Below, piece after piece: positions 31,801-44,674 of a stretch of DNA of 64,000 bases. The position numbers and the translations under genes were made by a program. This stretch comes from Cyanophora paradoxa CCMP329 (lineage: Eukaryota; Plantae; Glaucophyta). Under the pieces are notes generated by a model that was given only the letters and a program-made list of their open reading frames with translations, did not search any database and was not told where the DNA came from. Numbering within the stretch: position 1 is the first letter of the stretch; every line of letters begins with the position of its first letter. Location of the stretch: the NCBI GenBank assembly GCA_004431415.1, contig QPMI01000039.1:124001-188000 (forward strand). Direction: 5' to 3'.

Positions 31801-34800
31801 AGGACCTCGAGCCCCATCTACTAGGCTAACTATAGGATCTCGAGCCCCGGATGGGCGCGGCGGACCTGGCGGGGGGCGGCGAGAGGCGGACGGCACAGCC
31901 GGGCACCTATAGGATACTATAGGATACCTAAAGGAAAGGCGGACTTATAGAATACTATAGGACCTCGAGCTACTAGGAAGCGGGGGTGGGCGGACCTGGC
32001 GGGGGGCGGCGTGGGCGAGGCGGAGGCCGGCGAAGGCGGAGGAGAGGGCGGCGAGGAGGGCGGCGCCCCCGCCCTCCCGCAGCAGCGCGCCCCGCAGCGG
32101 CGCCTCCAGCCCGGAGCAGAGCAGCGCCCCCTCGCACAGCGCCAGGCTCTGCCGGGACCGGGCGGTCGGTTAGATGAAAGATGGGCCTAAGCTAGGGGCC
32201 TGGTACAGCGCCGGGCTCTGTTCTTGGGGTTTCTTGGGGTGGGGGTGGGGGAGGGGCCGGACCTGGGCGGCGAGGCGCCAGCGGTGGGCGGGGACGGCGA
32301 AGGGGCGCGTGGCCGCCCCGGGCAGCAGCTCCGTCGCCGCCACCTGCGCGCCCGGCCCCGCTCAGCGCGCCGCCGCCGACAGCGATGCGACGGGCCGCCC
32401 AGTCTCGAAGCCTTCCATTAAAGCCGAGTATCTCGGCCCCGGCGCTAGGAGAGGGCCGGGCGCGCATCCGCCCGAAGGCCCCCCTTCTCGCCGCCCCGGA
32501 GGGCGCCCGAAGGGTAGGAGACGCTGGGGGCCAAGAAGGGCGGGCGGGCGCCCCAGGGGAACAGGCGAGGGAAGGGCGCTGGCCGTCCGCCCCTAGATTG
32601 AAGCCTAGCCTCTCGGCCCCGGCGCTAGCGATAAGACGGGACCAAGAAAGGCGGGGCCCCCGTCCCGTCGTATCCGTCCGTCCGTCCCAGAATGCGCGCG
32701 AAGGGCGCGCTGGGCCGCGGGCAGCACGCTCCAAGGCCCTAAGGAGGCGCACCTCGACGACGCCCTCGGACCCGCTCTAAGGCTTCAAGGGGGCGGGCAG
32801 TGCTCTAAGGCTTCGAGGGGGCGGGCAGTGCGCTCTAAGGTTCCCGTGAGCGCCCGCCAGGTGCGCGCATTTCTGCGCCCCCGCGAACGGGGGACGCCGC
32901 CGCTTCTTGAACGGAAGCACGCCTAGCGCCTCCGCCACACCCGCGAGGGACCTAATTCCCTCGCCTAAATTCTACCGCGCACCTGGACGACGCCCTCGGA
33001 CCCGCCGCGGGCGAGGGCCGCCCGCGCCGCCGCCAGCAGCCCCGCCGTCGCCCCGTACTCCCCGACCCCCGCCTCCGCCTGCGCGCGCAGATTTGATCTC
33101 GGATTCGATCCGGGATTCGAGAGATTCGATCCGGGGAGGGGGTACCTGGAAGACGCGGAGGACGGTGGCGGCGTCGAGATGCAGGGCGGCCCCCGCGCGC
33201 GCCGCGGCCGCCAGCACCGCCGCGCACTGCGCCGCCAGCGGCCGCGCCCCCGGGTGCGCCTTGAGGGCCGCCAGGGCGCGCCCGGCCGCCCCGCGGGGCC
33301 TGTCCGCCGGCTCGTCGGGGGTACGGAACGCCGCGTCGAGGGCGGGGGCCAGGCTCGGGTCCGAGCGGAGGAGGGCGGCCAGCAGCCCGAAGACGGGGGC
33401 CAGGAGCTCGGGCGCGTCGGGGGTACGGCGCGCCGCCGCGCTCGCCAGCAGCGCCCACGCGCTGTACGGCATCTGATCGATCGATCGCGCACCCCTATGA
33501 GGAACGGGCGGAAGGGGAGGGGGCTGGGGAGGGGTACGCGCCTCCCACTCGACGATGCGTGGCTCCCCGTGGGACACGAGGCGGCCCGGGGTACCGCAGC
33601 GCAGGAGCGCCCCCGACGCGGGGTCTGCGAACGAAGTCAGCGGGGACAGAAAAAAGGAAGCGGGGGTACGCAGGATCACGCGCCGACGTAGCCGCCCGGG
33701 GCCACGACGAGGAGGCCCCCGAGGGAGTTGAGCTGTACCCCCCGCGAGGCGGGGTCCCCGGGGGGTAGAGGGGCCGTGTAGGTCGGGAGGCGGGAGAGGT
33801 ACTCGAGGACCGAGCGGGCGGCCAGGGGGCTCCCAGGAGCCTCCGGAGCGGACGGCCCCGGCGCCCGCGGCGGCGTCGCGGGCTCCAAAGAGGGGCCCGG
33901 GCCCTCCCCCCCCGCCTCCCCCTCCTCGTACCCCGCGAACGGGTCGGATTCGGGGGCGCCGCTGGGGTGGGTGGGGGGTACAAGGATCAGAGCCGATCTA
34001 CGGAGCCCGGGAGGGGTACGGCCGGACCTGAGGGCGGCGCAGAGGCGGAGGAGGGGGTCCCACTGCGCGGGGGGCGGCTCAGGTCAGATCTGAGGCGCCG
34101 CCGCCGCGTCCAAGGAAGGAGGGCGGGACAGAACAGACAGAACAGACAGAACAGAACAGACAGACAGAACAGTCTTAAAGCGCGGGGCGGGGCGGACCTG
34201 TGCGGGGAAGCGCGAGGCTGCGTACTCGAGCAGCTGCACCGTGCCCCGGCCCCGCCGCCCCTGCGCGGGGAAGCCGCGGCTCAGAGGGGGGGGCGCGGGG
34301 GCGGGGGAAGAGGGAAAGGGGGGTACGGCACCTCCTCCCAGAACTGCTCGCAGAGGGAGGGCGCCCCCTCGAAGATCTGGCGGCGCCCCGGGTCGGAGGA
34401 GGAGGCGGAGGAGGTGGGGGGGGGGGCGGGGAAGGGGGGTACGGGTGCGCACGGCGACGGCGAGGTCGGTCATGCGGGCGACGTGCAGCGGCGCCGCCTC
34501 CGGCTGCGCCTGCGCAGGAACACGGAACCTCAGCTCGGCTCAGCCGAACCTGAACCGAGCCGGTGCAGGGTGCTGCGGGAAGGCGAGAGGGCGGGGGCCT
34601 AGGCCTAGGGGGTCGCGGCCGGTCTAGCTCGGCGGAGAAGCCGGCGGCTCGACGGCCCGGCTAGGCTTGGGCGGGGCGGGGCGGGGCCGGGGGGGTACGG
34701 GGACGCACGGCGACGTTCTCGAGGAGGTCGAAGCCCGAGAGGAAGGCCTCCAGCAGGCCCTGCGCCCCCGGGGGGTGTCGGAGGGGCCCGCAAGCCAGGC

Positions 34801-36965
34801 CGGCCGGAGCGGCCGGGGCTAGAAAAGAGCTAGGCCAGGGGGGACAAGGCGAGAAAGGCGCCCGGGGCCACCTGGCGCGAGAGCGCCGGCAGGCGAGCCG
34901 GAGCCAGCGAGGAGGGCGCCGGGGGCGGGCGGGCGGGCGGGTTTGCGGGGGTGGGAGGCGGCGTACCTTGAGGACGCTGCGGTAGGCGAGCAGGTTCCCG
35001 TCCCGGTACTGCGAGGGGGGAGGAGGGCCCGTCAGGAGAAGGGAGGAGGGGGAGAGAGGGGCGGGGGCGGGGCGGGGGGGGACGGGGGCCCGTCCCTAAT
35101 GGATTCTCAAATCGGCTAAGTATGAGCGCGGAGCGGGGCGGGGCGGGGCGGGGCGGGGCGGGGCGGGGCGGGGCGGGAGCGGGGAGCGTACGGAGGAGGC
35201 GAGGCGGGAGAGGGTGCCGAGGGCGGCGGCGAGGGCCCCCACTGCGTCCCCCGCGAAGGCCCGCGCCTGCGAACGAAGCGTAAGAAGAAGGAGAGGGTAG
35301 GGGGGAGAAGGAGGGGGGGGGAGAGGCGCACGAAGAGGGGCCTGGGGTCGAGGCGGGCGACGGCGGGGGCGCCCAGCTGCGGAGCCCTCCATTAGCTACC
35401 GTAAAAACACAATAGTAGTGCGCTCTATCAGAACGCATTGGGGGGCTGCTGGAGGCCTGCCCGCCCGAGGCGGCTTCATACTAGGGTCGAGCGAGTCGAG
35501 TCGAGCAGCGTCCCCTTCTGACCATCCCCTTCCGGGGCTGGAGGCCCGCCCCCGCCCCCCTGGACTCGCGAGGCGCACCTGGTCGCCGAGGAGGAGGAGG
35601 CAGGCCCACGCGAGGGTCCCCGCCGCCTCCCCGGGCCCCTCCCCGCCCCACCCCCGCACCCCCTGCCAGCAGGTCAGAGAGCTGGGGGGAGGGGAAGGGG
35701 GGGGGGTACGCGCCTGGTCGACGAGGGCGACGCCGGCCTCGTCGGAGAGGAGGGGGTGCCCCTCGGCCGAGCCGCGGGCGGCGCCGGGGAGCAGCTGCTC
35801 GAGGCAGAGGCACTCGACGAGGGCCAGCGTCGCCAGCGGCGGGAAGCGCGCCGCCGCCGCCCGCGAGGCCTCGTCCAGCGGCGCCCCCGCCGCCGCCTCC
35901 AGCCCCGCCCCGAACCCGATCTCCGAGAGGACCTGCGCGGCGGGCGCTGGGCTCGAGCCGGGGGCAGCTGCAGGGGGGTACCGTACCTTCGTCAGCTCCG
36001 CGGCGGCCTGGGCCGTGCACGCCGAGGGGTACGTGTAGTAGTACAGGAAGAGCGCCTGCGGGCGGCTCGGTCGGGGGGGGGGGAGGAGTCCGGCCGGGGT
36101 ACGCCGCACCTCGATGCTGGCGGTGGCCTCCTGCACGCAGGCGCGCGCGTGGGGGGCGGCCGCGGCGCCCGCCGGGGGCGCCTGCGAGGCCGCCTGCACG
36201 CGCTGCCGCGCCTGCTGAAGGAGCGCCCCCGCGAGGCCGGCGTCCGCCGCTGCCTTCACGGCGCGCTCCGTCCGCTCGCGGTACGGGTGGCCCTCGTCCC
36301 CGACTGAGGCGCGCGGGTCAGCGGCTCGCCGGGGCCGGGGCGGGGGCGGGGACGGGGGCGGCGTGCGCCGCGGGCGCACCGATGCGGAGCAGCGAAGCGA
36401 CGCACTGCATGAGCGCGAGGCGCTCCTCATAGTAAAAGTCCAGAAGCTGTGCCCGGGGCGGCTCGGCCAGAGCGCGGGAGGGCGGAGCGCGTCGCAGGCG
36501 GGGCGCACCCGCGCGACGAACGCATCGTCGACGGATGAAAGCTGCTGCGTGATGCCGCAGTCCGCCTTGAATGTCTTGAGCAGGTCGGCCGCCTGTGCGC
36601 TGTCCAGGTTCTGCGGCGGGCGGCGATCAGGGCGGCGGGCGGCGCCTGGAGTGGCGGCACGTTGGCTCGCGCACAGCCTGGCGGCTGAGTCGCGACGCGA
36701 TTGCCTTCTCGTCCTCGCCGGTGGGCGCGCTCGCCGCCGCTCCCGGCGGAGCTGGCTTGAAGTGGCCGAGCAGCGACTTGAGCGTGCTCTCTAGCGTCTT
36801 GAATGCTGATGCCTGCGCGTGCAGGATGAGTCGGTGCGAGGCGATTACTGTCGCGCGTGGCTCGCGAACCAGCTCCTCGTCCGGGATGCTCTGCTGCTCG
36901 AGATCAGCGAGCAGCCTCCCGAACGACGGCTGCCCCGGCGGCGCGGGAGCCGCGGGAGGCGCCAT
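25838..36965 (-). CDS. NUP188: Nucleoporin Nup188-like, many exons
   Basis: N-terminal FKPAPP...NLDSAQAADLL...FYYEERLALMQCVASLLR...DEGHPYR matches the Nup188 pattern (YYEER..L.C...DERHPYR); ~11 kb of Ala/Leu-rich helical exons; 3' end approximate. Confidence 0.72.
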
Positions 36966-37044
36966 CGGCTCGCTCTGCTGCTCGAGGGGGGAAGAAGCTG
37001 ACTACCCGACCGTCTACCCGGAACCCGAAGAAGCAAGCAGCAGC

Positions 37045-39979
37045 ATGCGGCCCGCCTTCGCGCTCCCAGCGGCGACCGCCCAGCATGCCGGCCTAGGATC
37101 GGGAGCTGTCAGCGTCCCGCTTCCTAGCCCCGCGGCGCGATCGCAGCAGCGGCCCGCCCAGCACCTGCGCAGCTCCTGGATTCCCGGCTCCGGGGCGCGG
37201 ATCCCCAGGCCGGCGCGGCATGAGCAGCAGGAGCGCACATTTATCGCGGCCCGCGCTGAGCGGGAGCCAGCGCGGGCTCCGCGGGTGCGGCAGGCCGGAG
37301 ACGTAGATCTCGTCGCTACGGGCGAGTCCCCGCTTCTTTCCCTTCGCGTACGTGCTTCGCCGACGCTCCCCTCGCAGTCGGGCAAGGTCTCGAGGCAGTC
37401 GTAGCCCGCGAGCTGCGGGAAGGGGTGAGCAAGCGCTGCGCTGCCGCAGTGCCTGCTTCCGTCATCGTCCCAGCGCAGGCGCTGGGCTACGCGGACTCGG
37501 TGACGGTCTCCAACGGGCGCTGCGTGCTCACGGTCCCCGAGAAAGAAGTCCCGGAGGCGGCGGCGCGCTCCGCCGTCTGGCTCCGCTCCGCGCACCGCCT
37601 CTACGTCCGCCTCGGGAGCTTCCCCGCGGAGACCTTCGACGACCTCTTCGACGGAGTGCACGCGCTCGAGTGGGAGCGCTACCTCCCGAAGGACGCCGAG
37701 GCGCCCCCCTACCCCCCGCAACCCTTCCTTCCTCGTACCCCCCGCCAGCTGCTCAGCCGCGCCCCGCGATCGGACAGGTGCCCGTCGACTTCAAGACGTT
37801 CCGCAGCCCGCTCGTCTCCGTCCCGAATGCCCAGGCCATCATCAAGAAGGCGAGGACGTACCCCCCCCCCCGCCCCCCGGTCAGCCCCATGTTCCTTACG
37901 CACCGGTACCCATCCTCCCGCGCAGGCGATCGTCAGCCGCATGCAGAAGGCACGCCCCCCGCCCCCCGTCCCGCCGCATCCCTTCGCGCTCCTGTACCCC
38001 CCTGACTCCGGGCAGGCCTACCCGACGCTGAGGGGGGGAGACCTGCCCGAGGACGGGCCCCTTTGCTCCGTCCTCGTCGCCGCGAAGGACGATATGGTTG
38101 AGGTTCTCCTCGACGTCGGGGGGTACGCGAAGCTTTTTTGAATTCCGATTTGATTCGAGCCGGATTCGATCTCGGCGCGAAGGCGCCACGGGCTGCACAA
38201 GCGGGGGTACCGCAAGCTCGTCGGCGAGGCGCCCATCAAGGAGACCCTCGCGTCGGGTACGCTCGCCCCCGCTTCCGCCCCGGTACCCCTCCTCCCGCAC
38301 GCCCTTGAGGCTCCGCGGCGGCAGCGATCCTGGCGCTGAGCGTCTGGCGGCCGGAGCGGCCCCTCGTGGACCCCGTGCGCCCCCGCCCCCGCCCCGCTCG
38401 ATCAAGAGCTCCAAGCCCTGACTCGGACCTGTACCCCCTCCCCAGTTCTGCGGATCGGGCACCATCCTCCTCGAGGCCGCGCTGATGGGGGTACGCTTGC
38501 GCAGAGCCCGATCCCCAACCCGCGCCCCGGTCCCGCTCAGCCCGCCCCCCCGCAGTGGAAGATCGCGCCGGGCCTGCGCCGCCGCTTCGCCGCTGAGGCG
38601 CGCGCTCTTTCCCCCCTCCCCTCCTCCCCCACCCTCCCCCCTTCGAGCCGCCTCGCCCTCCGCAGGGCTGGCTCGGCTTCGACGGCGCCTTCAAGCGCGC
38701 CAGGTGCGAGAGAGAGGACGCGGCCCTCTAAGCGAGAGAACGCCCCCGACGCCTTCGCGGGGCCAGGGAGGAGGGGCGGGAGGCGGCGGACCTCTCGGCG
38801 CCCCTGCGGATGCTGGGGACCGACATCGACCCGGAGGCCATCGACGCGCGCCTCCCCCCTCAGTTTTTCCCCTCCTCCCGCCCTTGAGCGGCCCCTCAGA
38901 TCGCGCGGGAGCACCTCTCGGTGCTGGGCTTCCCCCGCCGCCGCGTCGAGCGCCTCATCGTGCGCCCGCGAGGGAGGAAGGGAGGGAGGGGGTTGGGGGG
39001 AGGTGGTCGGAGCTTACGCCCAGGGCTGAGGCTCCGGGGCGGCCCTGCCCCCGCCGCCTCCGGGCCCGAGCGCTGAAGCAGCCGGCCTCGCCCCTCGCCG
39101 GGCCTCACCTCTCGCCGCCCCCCGCCCCCGCGCAGGAGTTCGAGCGGTGCGGGGTGGAGGCGATGCACGCGGGGCGGCACCCCCTCCTCCGCGAGCAGGT
39201 CGGCCCGTACCCCGCCCCGCCCCGCCCCTCTGCGTTTAGTTTGGATGACGCCCATGCACTTACGCCCCGCCTGCCCGCCCGCCGCACGCAGTACGGCGTC
39301 ATCATCACCAACCCGCCCTACGGTCCGCTGCTCCGCAAATTCGATCCCCCGTCCGTCCACTCCAACCCCGCCTGACTCTCCGGCCCCCCGGTCCTCCGCA
39401 GGGGAGCGGATCGGGGAGCTGCGGGAGGCGCAGGCGGCCTTCGGGGACCTCCGCCGCCTCTACTCCAAGGTGCGCGGGTTGGAGACGAGCGAGGGGCCTT
39501 CTTCCTTCTTGGGCTCCCTCCTCCTCGAAGTAGTAGGAGGCTAGATGATTCGAGAGATAAAGAGGGGAGGGATGAGCCGCCGCCCCTACTGGCCTCCTCG
39601 GATCACCCGATATAGCTACACCCGGCCCTCTGGCCCCTCCCGCCCCCAACCGGCCCCCGCGCCCCCCGGGCAGCTGCCGACGTGGTCGGCGTCGGTGATC
39701 GTCGCCCGCTCCGCCGAGTTCCAGAAGCACTTCCGCAAGCCCGCCGACCGCATCCGCAAGGTGCGCGAGAAGTAGATTAGATCTATAAATCTGCATTAGA
39801 TCTATATCTGAGCACAGGTCTACAACGGGCGCATCGAGTGCGGGCTGTACCAGTACCTCGGGCCCCGCCCGCCCCGTCCCGAGCAGGCCCTCTCCGCGGC
39901 CGAGGGCGAGGGCGAGGCGGCGGAGCCGACGGCGGACGCAGAAGCGCCGCCCGCGGCGGCGGCCGCCGCAGCGGAATGA
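37045..39979 (+). CDS. THUMP-domain RNA guanine-N2 methyltransferase, bacterial RlmL/YpsC-like, probably organelle-targeted, multi-exon
   Basis: WLRSAHRL...FPAETFDDLFDGVHALEWERYLP, GLHKRGYR...APIKETLA, FCGSGTILLEAA, GTDID, IITNPPYGERIG, YNGRIEC; N-terminal extension MRPAFALP. Confidence 0.85.
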
Positions 39980-40285
39980 GGGGCACGCGCCGGCTCGCGC
40001 CTGTTCTCGAAATAAGCGAATTCATTCCTATTTCAGGCTGAAGAGCCTGTCTACGTAGTCTACGCAACAAAATTGAAGGAGCGAATACAAGAAAACTAGC
40101 CTAAAAGGCACGCGCACGTTGCCGCTGCACTGCGTGCGCAAGAAACAGTGCAGCCTGTCGGACAGAGCCAGCCGCTGCGCTGCATGTCCCACCTCAGATC
40201 TCAAGCCGTACTACTCTCTAGTGCTATTGTACAAGGTGGGTGCGGTCGGGGCTGGCCAGGCCCGGGGCCGCCCCCGCCAGCCTCT

Positions 40286-41282
40286 TCAGTCGAGGTCGGG
40301 CTCGTCCGCGGGGGCCGCCGGGGCCTCAGCCGCCGGCGCCGGAGCCGCGGCCGCCGCGGGGCGCCCCACGGCGGCGAGGACGGAGCGCTCGAGCTCGTGC
40401 CAGCGCTCCGCCAGCCCCCGCTCAAACTCGTGGTACCTATGAAGAGAACGGGTGAGGCGGGGCAGCCGCTGGGATGGATGGGCGGCGCGGCGCGGCGCAC
40501 CCGTCGAGCTTGTTAAGCTCGCGCGAGACGAAGGGGGCGAGGGCGAGGGTCAGGCCGAGGCGGGCCGGCTCGGTGACCGTGCTCCCGGCCCAGACGCCGA
40601 CGAGGACCTCGAGGAGGGACTTGGCCTCGCCGCGGATGAGGTAGATGGAGTAGAACGCCACGCTCAGCGCGATCGTGTAGTAGATCGTGTTGATGATCAG
40701 GTACGAGAGGACGCCGGCAAAGCCCAGCTCCCGCAGGACGGTGAGGAGCTCCGCCGCCCTCCGCGGGATCGATTTGATGAGGTCGACCAGGCGATTCGGG
40801 TGCAAGGCGTGCGCATCCGGCGGAGGGGGCGCCGACGCGTGCGCGTGGAGGCTCGTGTGCGGTGCTTCTATAGAGCTCGTCCCCTGTGGCTAGCGTCAGG
40901 CTTGGCGCGGGCCGCCGCGCCACTAGACGCCAAGTGCGCTCTTGTGCAGCGCTCGTTGCGCAATGCGCACCGCACGGTCGCTGCCGCGGTCCTGTTGCTG
41001 TTGTTCAGTGTTAAGATGAGCGATACAAGTGACCACGAGCCGGTGCGCGCGGCGTTGCGGCGGGAAGGTCTTCAGCACTGGGGCTGACGAAATGCTCGCA
41101 ACGTCTAAGCGCCATCCATGGAGGAAGACGCGCTCTCCGCTGTGCTGGTGCAGTCCGAACGAGCGGGACGGAACTGCCAGGGCCCCTCGACATGTCTGGC
41201 TGCAGTACGCGCGCGGTCGGAAATCGACTCCAGCGCATGCGGAGCGTGCCGGGTATGCTGCACAGATGGGTGCGAAAGCCAT
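40286..41282 (-). CDS. Plastid-targeted membrane protein, DUF1279/FAM210-like
   Basis: MAFAP- transit-peptide-like start; LRELGFAGVLSYLIINTIYY...VWAGSTVTEPARLGLTLALAPFV. Confidence 0.6.
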
Positions 41283-41449
41283 CGGTGCGCTATCGATCGT
41301 CCTGCGCGCCGAGGCTGGCAGATCCGCTCCAAGAATCACAGATAGATCTGCAAGCTACAGCTGATCTACTGGTCCCAATCCAGCACAAAGAACGTTAGGC
41401 ACTCACTGAAGCCACCGGAGACGGCCAGATCGAGAGGCGCTGCGCCTCA

Positions 41450-41973
41450 GCCGCGCGGGAGGAAAGGGGCCGCGGGGGGGTTCGAAGACAAAAAGGGCGC
41501 CCGGCCGGGGTGGACCCCCGTCGCGGACGTGGCAAACCGTGAAGGGTGAGATTCGAACTCACGCGGGCAGAGCCCACTTGCTGGCAGCCTCGGAAGAGAT
41601 AGCAGGCAAGCGCCTTAACCACTCGGCCACCTCCACTTGCGAGCATGGGTCTCCGCAAGCGTGCTGTACGGCTGCCGGACGCTTTTTTTCTCGCCGAACT
41701 CAATCGCCACCAGCTCGATGAGCGCCCGCCTGCGCGCTGCGCGCCGCGGCCTGCGCCCGCTCTCGCGCTTGCTTGAAACAGCGCTTCTCAACTTTTCCGC
41801 ACGCGCGGATCGGCCCCAGCAGCCGCACGCTCTCGCGCGCGTGCCAAGTTTTCTCGAAAGCGTGCCAGGGGTTCAACGGTTTTGACTGCCTCTGTTTCCC
41901 GGCTCGAGTTGGCCGCAGCAGGTGACCGGTACCAGAACCGCTGCTTACGCACTTGTAGACGCTAGTTAGGGTT
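41450..41973 (-). repeat. Inverted repeat arm L (524 bp)
   Basis: Reverse complement of 44675-45190; differences seen are an 8-bp indel (TTCAACGG) and one substitution. Confidence 0.95.
41538..41636 (-). tRNA. trnS: tRNA-Ser(GCT) with 17-nt intron
   Basis: Exact reverse complement of 45004-45102. Confidence 0.93.
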
Positions 41974-42860
41974 AGGGACGTCCTGTACGGCTGCCGGACG
42001 CTTTTTTTCTCGCCGACTTGCATCATTCATTGATCATGAGCTACCGAGAGGCGAGGGTTTTATAGCGCGGCCAAGTGGATCCGACTCGGTCGCGTGCTGC
42101 AATGCAGCCTGCAGCTCAGCGGCCGACGGGGGCTGGCGCTAGCGCCGGCGCCGGCAACCCGCGCTAGCGCCGATATCGATATCGATATCGATATCGCGAT
42201 ATCGGTACCGGTGATCATGATATCGCGTCCGACCCGGTGACGGCCGCGGTCGAGCCGGCCGGGCGCCGGCGCCGACGGTACCAGTCCAGCTGCAGCCGTG
42301 CCGGTACCGATACATATACGGTACTGGTACCAGTCCGGGCGCGCCGGCCGCGGCGCAGCGCGCGCGCCGGGCCAGGCCTCGCGCGCAAAGCGTACATATG
42401 CATCGAGTGATATCCGACGTCGACTCGGTGACCTTGATCATATGCATGATTATGTATTCAGGGTCACAACCGATTTACACCGCAAAGGTTGAAGTTGCAT
42501 GGATAGAGACTGTGTGTCCGAATCCGAAAATTAATTGGAAGCTGCTGAAAAAGGGCATTAGCTGTAGCTTAATTTAGTAAGTAAGCCTGCATGATAAATT
42601 GATAAACTAAAGAGCAGAAACCGAAATGGGGATGAACAACTTTTGGCAATCAAGTACGTAGCTATAGTACAGTAATGACACTCAATTCCAATGCACATGA
42701 CGAGTCACTGAGTTCTGCCTGAAAGGATATCGATCTGAACCACTCAATGAAAGAGAAAAATACATTATGCGATGTAGCTCCTGGCTCAGAGAAGCTTTAA
42801 GATGCATATGTGTTAAAAAACGTTGCACTTGCTCGGCATGAAGCCGGAGTTGGAATCAAG

Positions 42861-44104
42861 TCACGGGAAGCGCCCGCGGCCGCGATTCTGATGGAAAGGG
42901 TCTCGCGATCGCCCGCCGTTGCCGTCCGGCCGCTGGGCAGGCGAGTGCGGAGGGAGGGGAGGCATGACGAGCCACGGGGCCTGCGAGAGGTGCAGGTGGG
43001 GCCCGGGGGCGGGCGGGGTCTCGCCGTGCAGCGCCGGCCCGTCGCCCGGGTGGCCGTGGCCGGGGGCGCGGTCGTGGCTGAAGTGGCGGGCGGTGGAGAG
43101 GGACTGGAGGAGTTCATGGGGGAGGGGTTGCGGGGCCGACTGCAGGTGGCTGAGGAGCCCCGGGCCCAGCGCGAGCCCGTGGAGGCCTTGCGAGCCGACG
43201 TGCGCGAAGGGGCCCAGGTGCAAGAGCCCGTACGCGTGCGCCGGGCCGGCGCCGGCGCCGTGGCCCGAGCTCGAGCCCGCAGCCGGAGTTGGCACCGGAG
43301 CCGCCTGCGGCTGCTCCGCCGCTTTCTTCGAATTCTGAGTCTCGCCGCTGTTCATGAAGCGCTTGCAGGTCTGTCGCCACGTTGGGTGCGCGGCCTGCCA
43401 GCGTCCCAATCGCGTGTAAGCGGGGCGAGGACACGGCTGCGCATGCGCATGCGCAATGCAGTTGCGGGGGCAGGGTCGCGCCTTCAACTCGGCGCGGCGC
43501 CGCGCCGCCTCCTCGTGGTACGGCCGCCGCTCGGTCTCCGACAGGGATCGCCACTCCTTTGAGATGAGGGTGCTCAGGAATCCGTTAGACGCTTGCGGGT
43601 TCGCGGTCCGCAGCAGAGGCCGGCGCTCTGCACTGTACAGGAGAAACGCCTGCGGGGAAGTGAGGGGCGCGGCGACACAGGCACAGGGCGCGTGGACGAG
43701 CGAACGTTCGGGGGGCGACGGATGGTCCCTTCCGCGGGCTCGGGCCGACGCCTTTTGTTGGTCTTCGAATTCGAACTTGAGCCCTTGGCGAGGTCGCCTG
43801 GCTTCGGGGAGGTTCCGCCAGCCTCCTCTTGCTCTGCGCTCGCAGCGTCCTCGCTCCCGCTCCCCAAATCGTCCTCGCATTTGACTTCGGCTGGGGCCGC
43901 CGTTGGAAGCGTATGTATTTGAATCGCGGTAGGGGCTCGACCCCTGCGCGAATAACACGAACATGACGTCGATAAGATAACGAATGAAAGCGGCGCGGCC
44001 AGGCGAAACGCGCACCGGCGAACTTGCTCGTCGGGGAGCTCTAGGGACGATTGAATTTGCTTGTCAGCATCCTGCCCTTCCGACAGGAGAAAGCCGAGGG
44101 ACAT
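42861..44104 (-). CDS. HMG-box transcription factor (SOX/MATA_HMG-like) with His/Pro-rich C-terminus, multi-exon
   Basis: IRRPPN|AFLLYSAERRPLLRTANPQASNGFLSTLISKEWRSLSETERRPYHEEAARRRAELK|AAHPTW. Confidence 0.88.
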
Positions 44105-44192
44105 CTTCGTCTCGGGCGCATTCTGCCGCTCTCGCGGGGACGAGCCCGCAGGGCGCATATGCATCGATATCTTGAGGCCTCGTGTCGCGTGG

Positions 44193-44251
44193 AACGAACG
44201 CGCCGCAAGTTCCGCGCCTGCAATCTAACGAACGCGCCGCAAGTTCCGCGC
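44193..44251. promoter_or_regulatory. 25-bp direct repeat AACGAACGCGCCGCAAGTTCCGCGC (44193-44217, 44227-44251) upstream of the HMG gene
   Basis: Repeat is read directly; a regulatory role is inferred from its position ~90-150 bp upstream of the ATG. Confidence 0.4.
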
Positions 44252-44674
44252 GCGGCCCAGCGGCTGTCGCTGCACTTCGGTTCACAGGTCACGGCGATGG
44301 TTGGAGATGGCGAGCGCTAAAGAAGCTGGGCGCATGCTCCGGGCGCTGACCGTCGCGTGAGTATACGCGACTAGAGCCGCCGTGCTGCTCCAGCGTGCTG
44401 TCGGAGGAGCTTTCGGGTCGGCTTGATTGAGCCCCGAACGTTCAAGCGAGAATGGCCGTCCCGTCAAGTGATTCGGGGCCCCGGCGCGGATCCTCCGATG
44501 CTAGCTAGCTACAGCAGAGCTCATGACCTTGGGCTGCGAGAACAGCGATGCGCGCGTCACCGCGGTCACCGGGCTGGCGTGGTTTCGCCCGTCGGTCTGG
44601 TTGCAGGCGCTTCCGATCGAAGCCTGAACAGTGCCAGTGCTCGCGCTGTTGTTCCGTTACTTATCGCAGAAGCA

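Noticed and set aside
31630-32845. Degenerate TACTATAGGA repeats and a GCTCTAAGGCTTC...GGGCAGT tandem inside NUP188 as a transposon
   Set aside because: No terminal repeats, TSD or coding capacity identified; treated as low-complexity intron sequence.
41966-41977. True telomere or chromosome end
   Set aside because: Only two TTAGGG units, internal, with genes on both sides.
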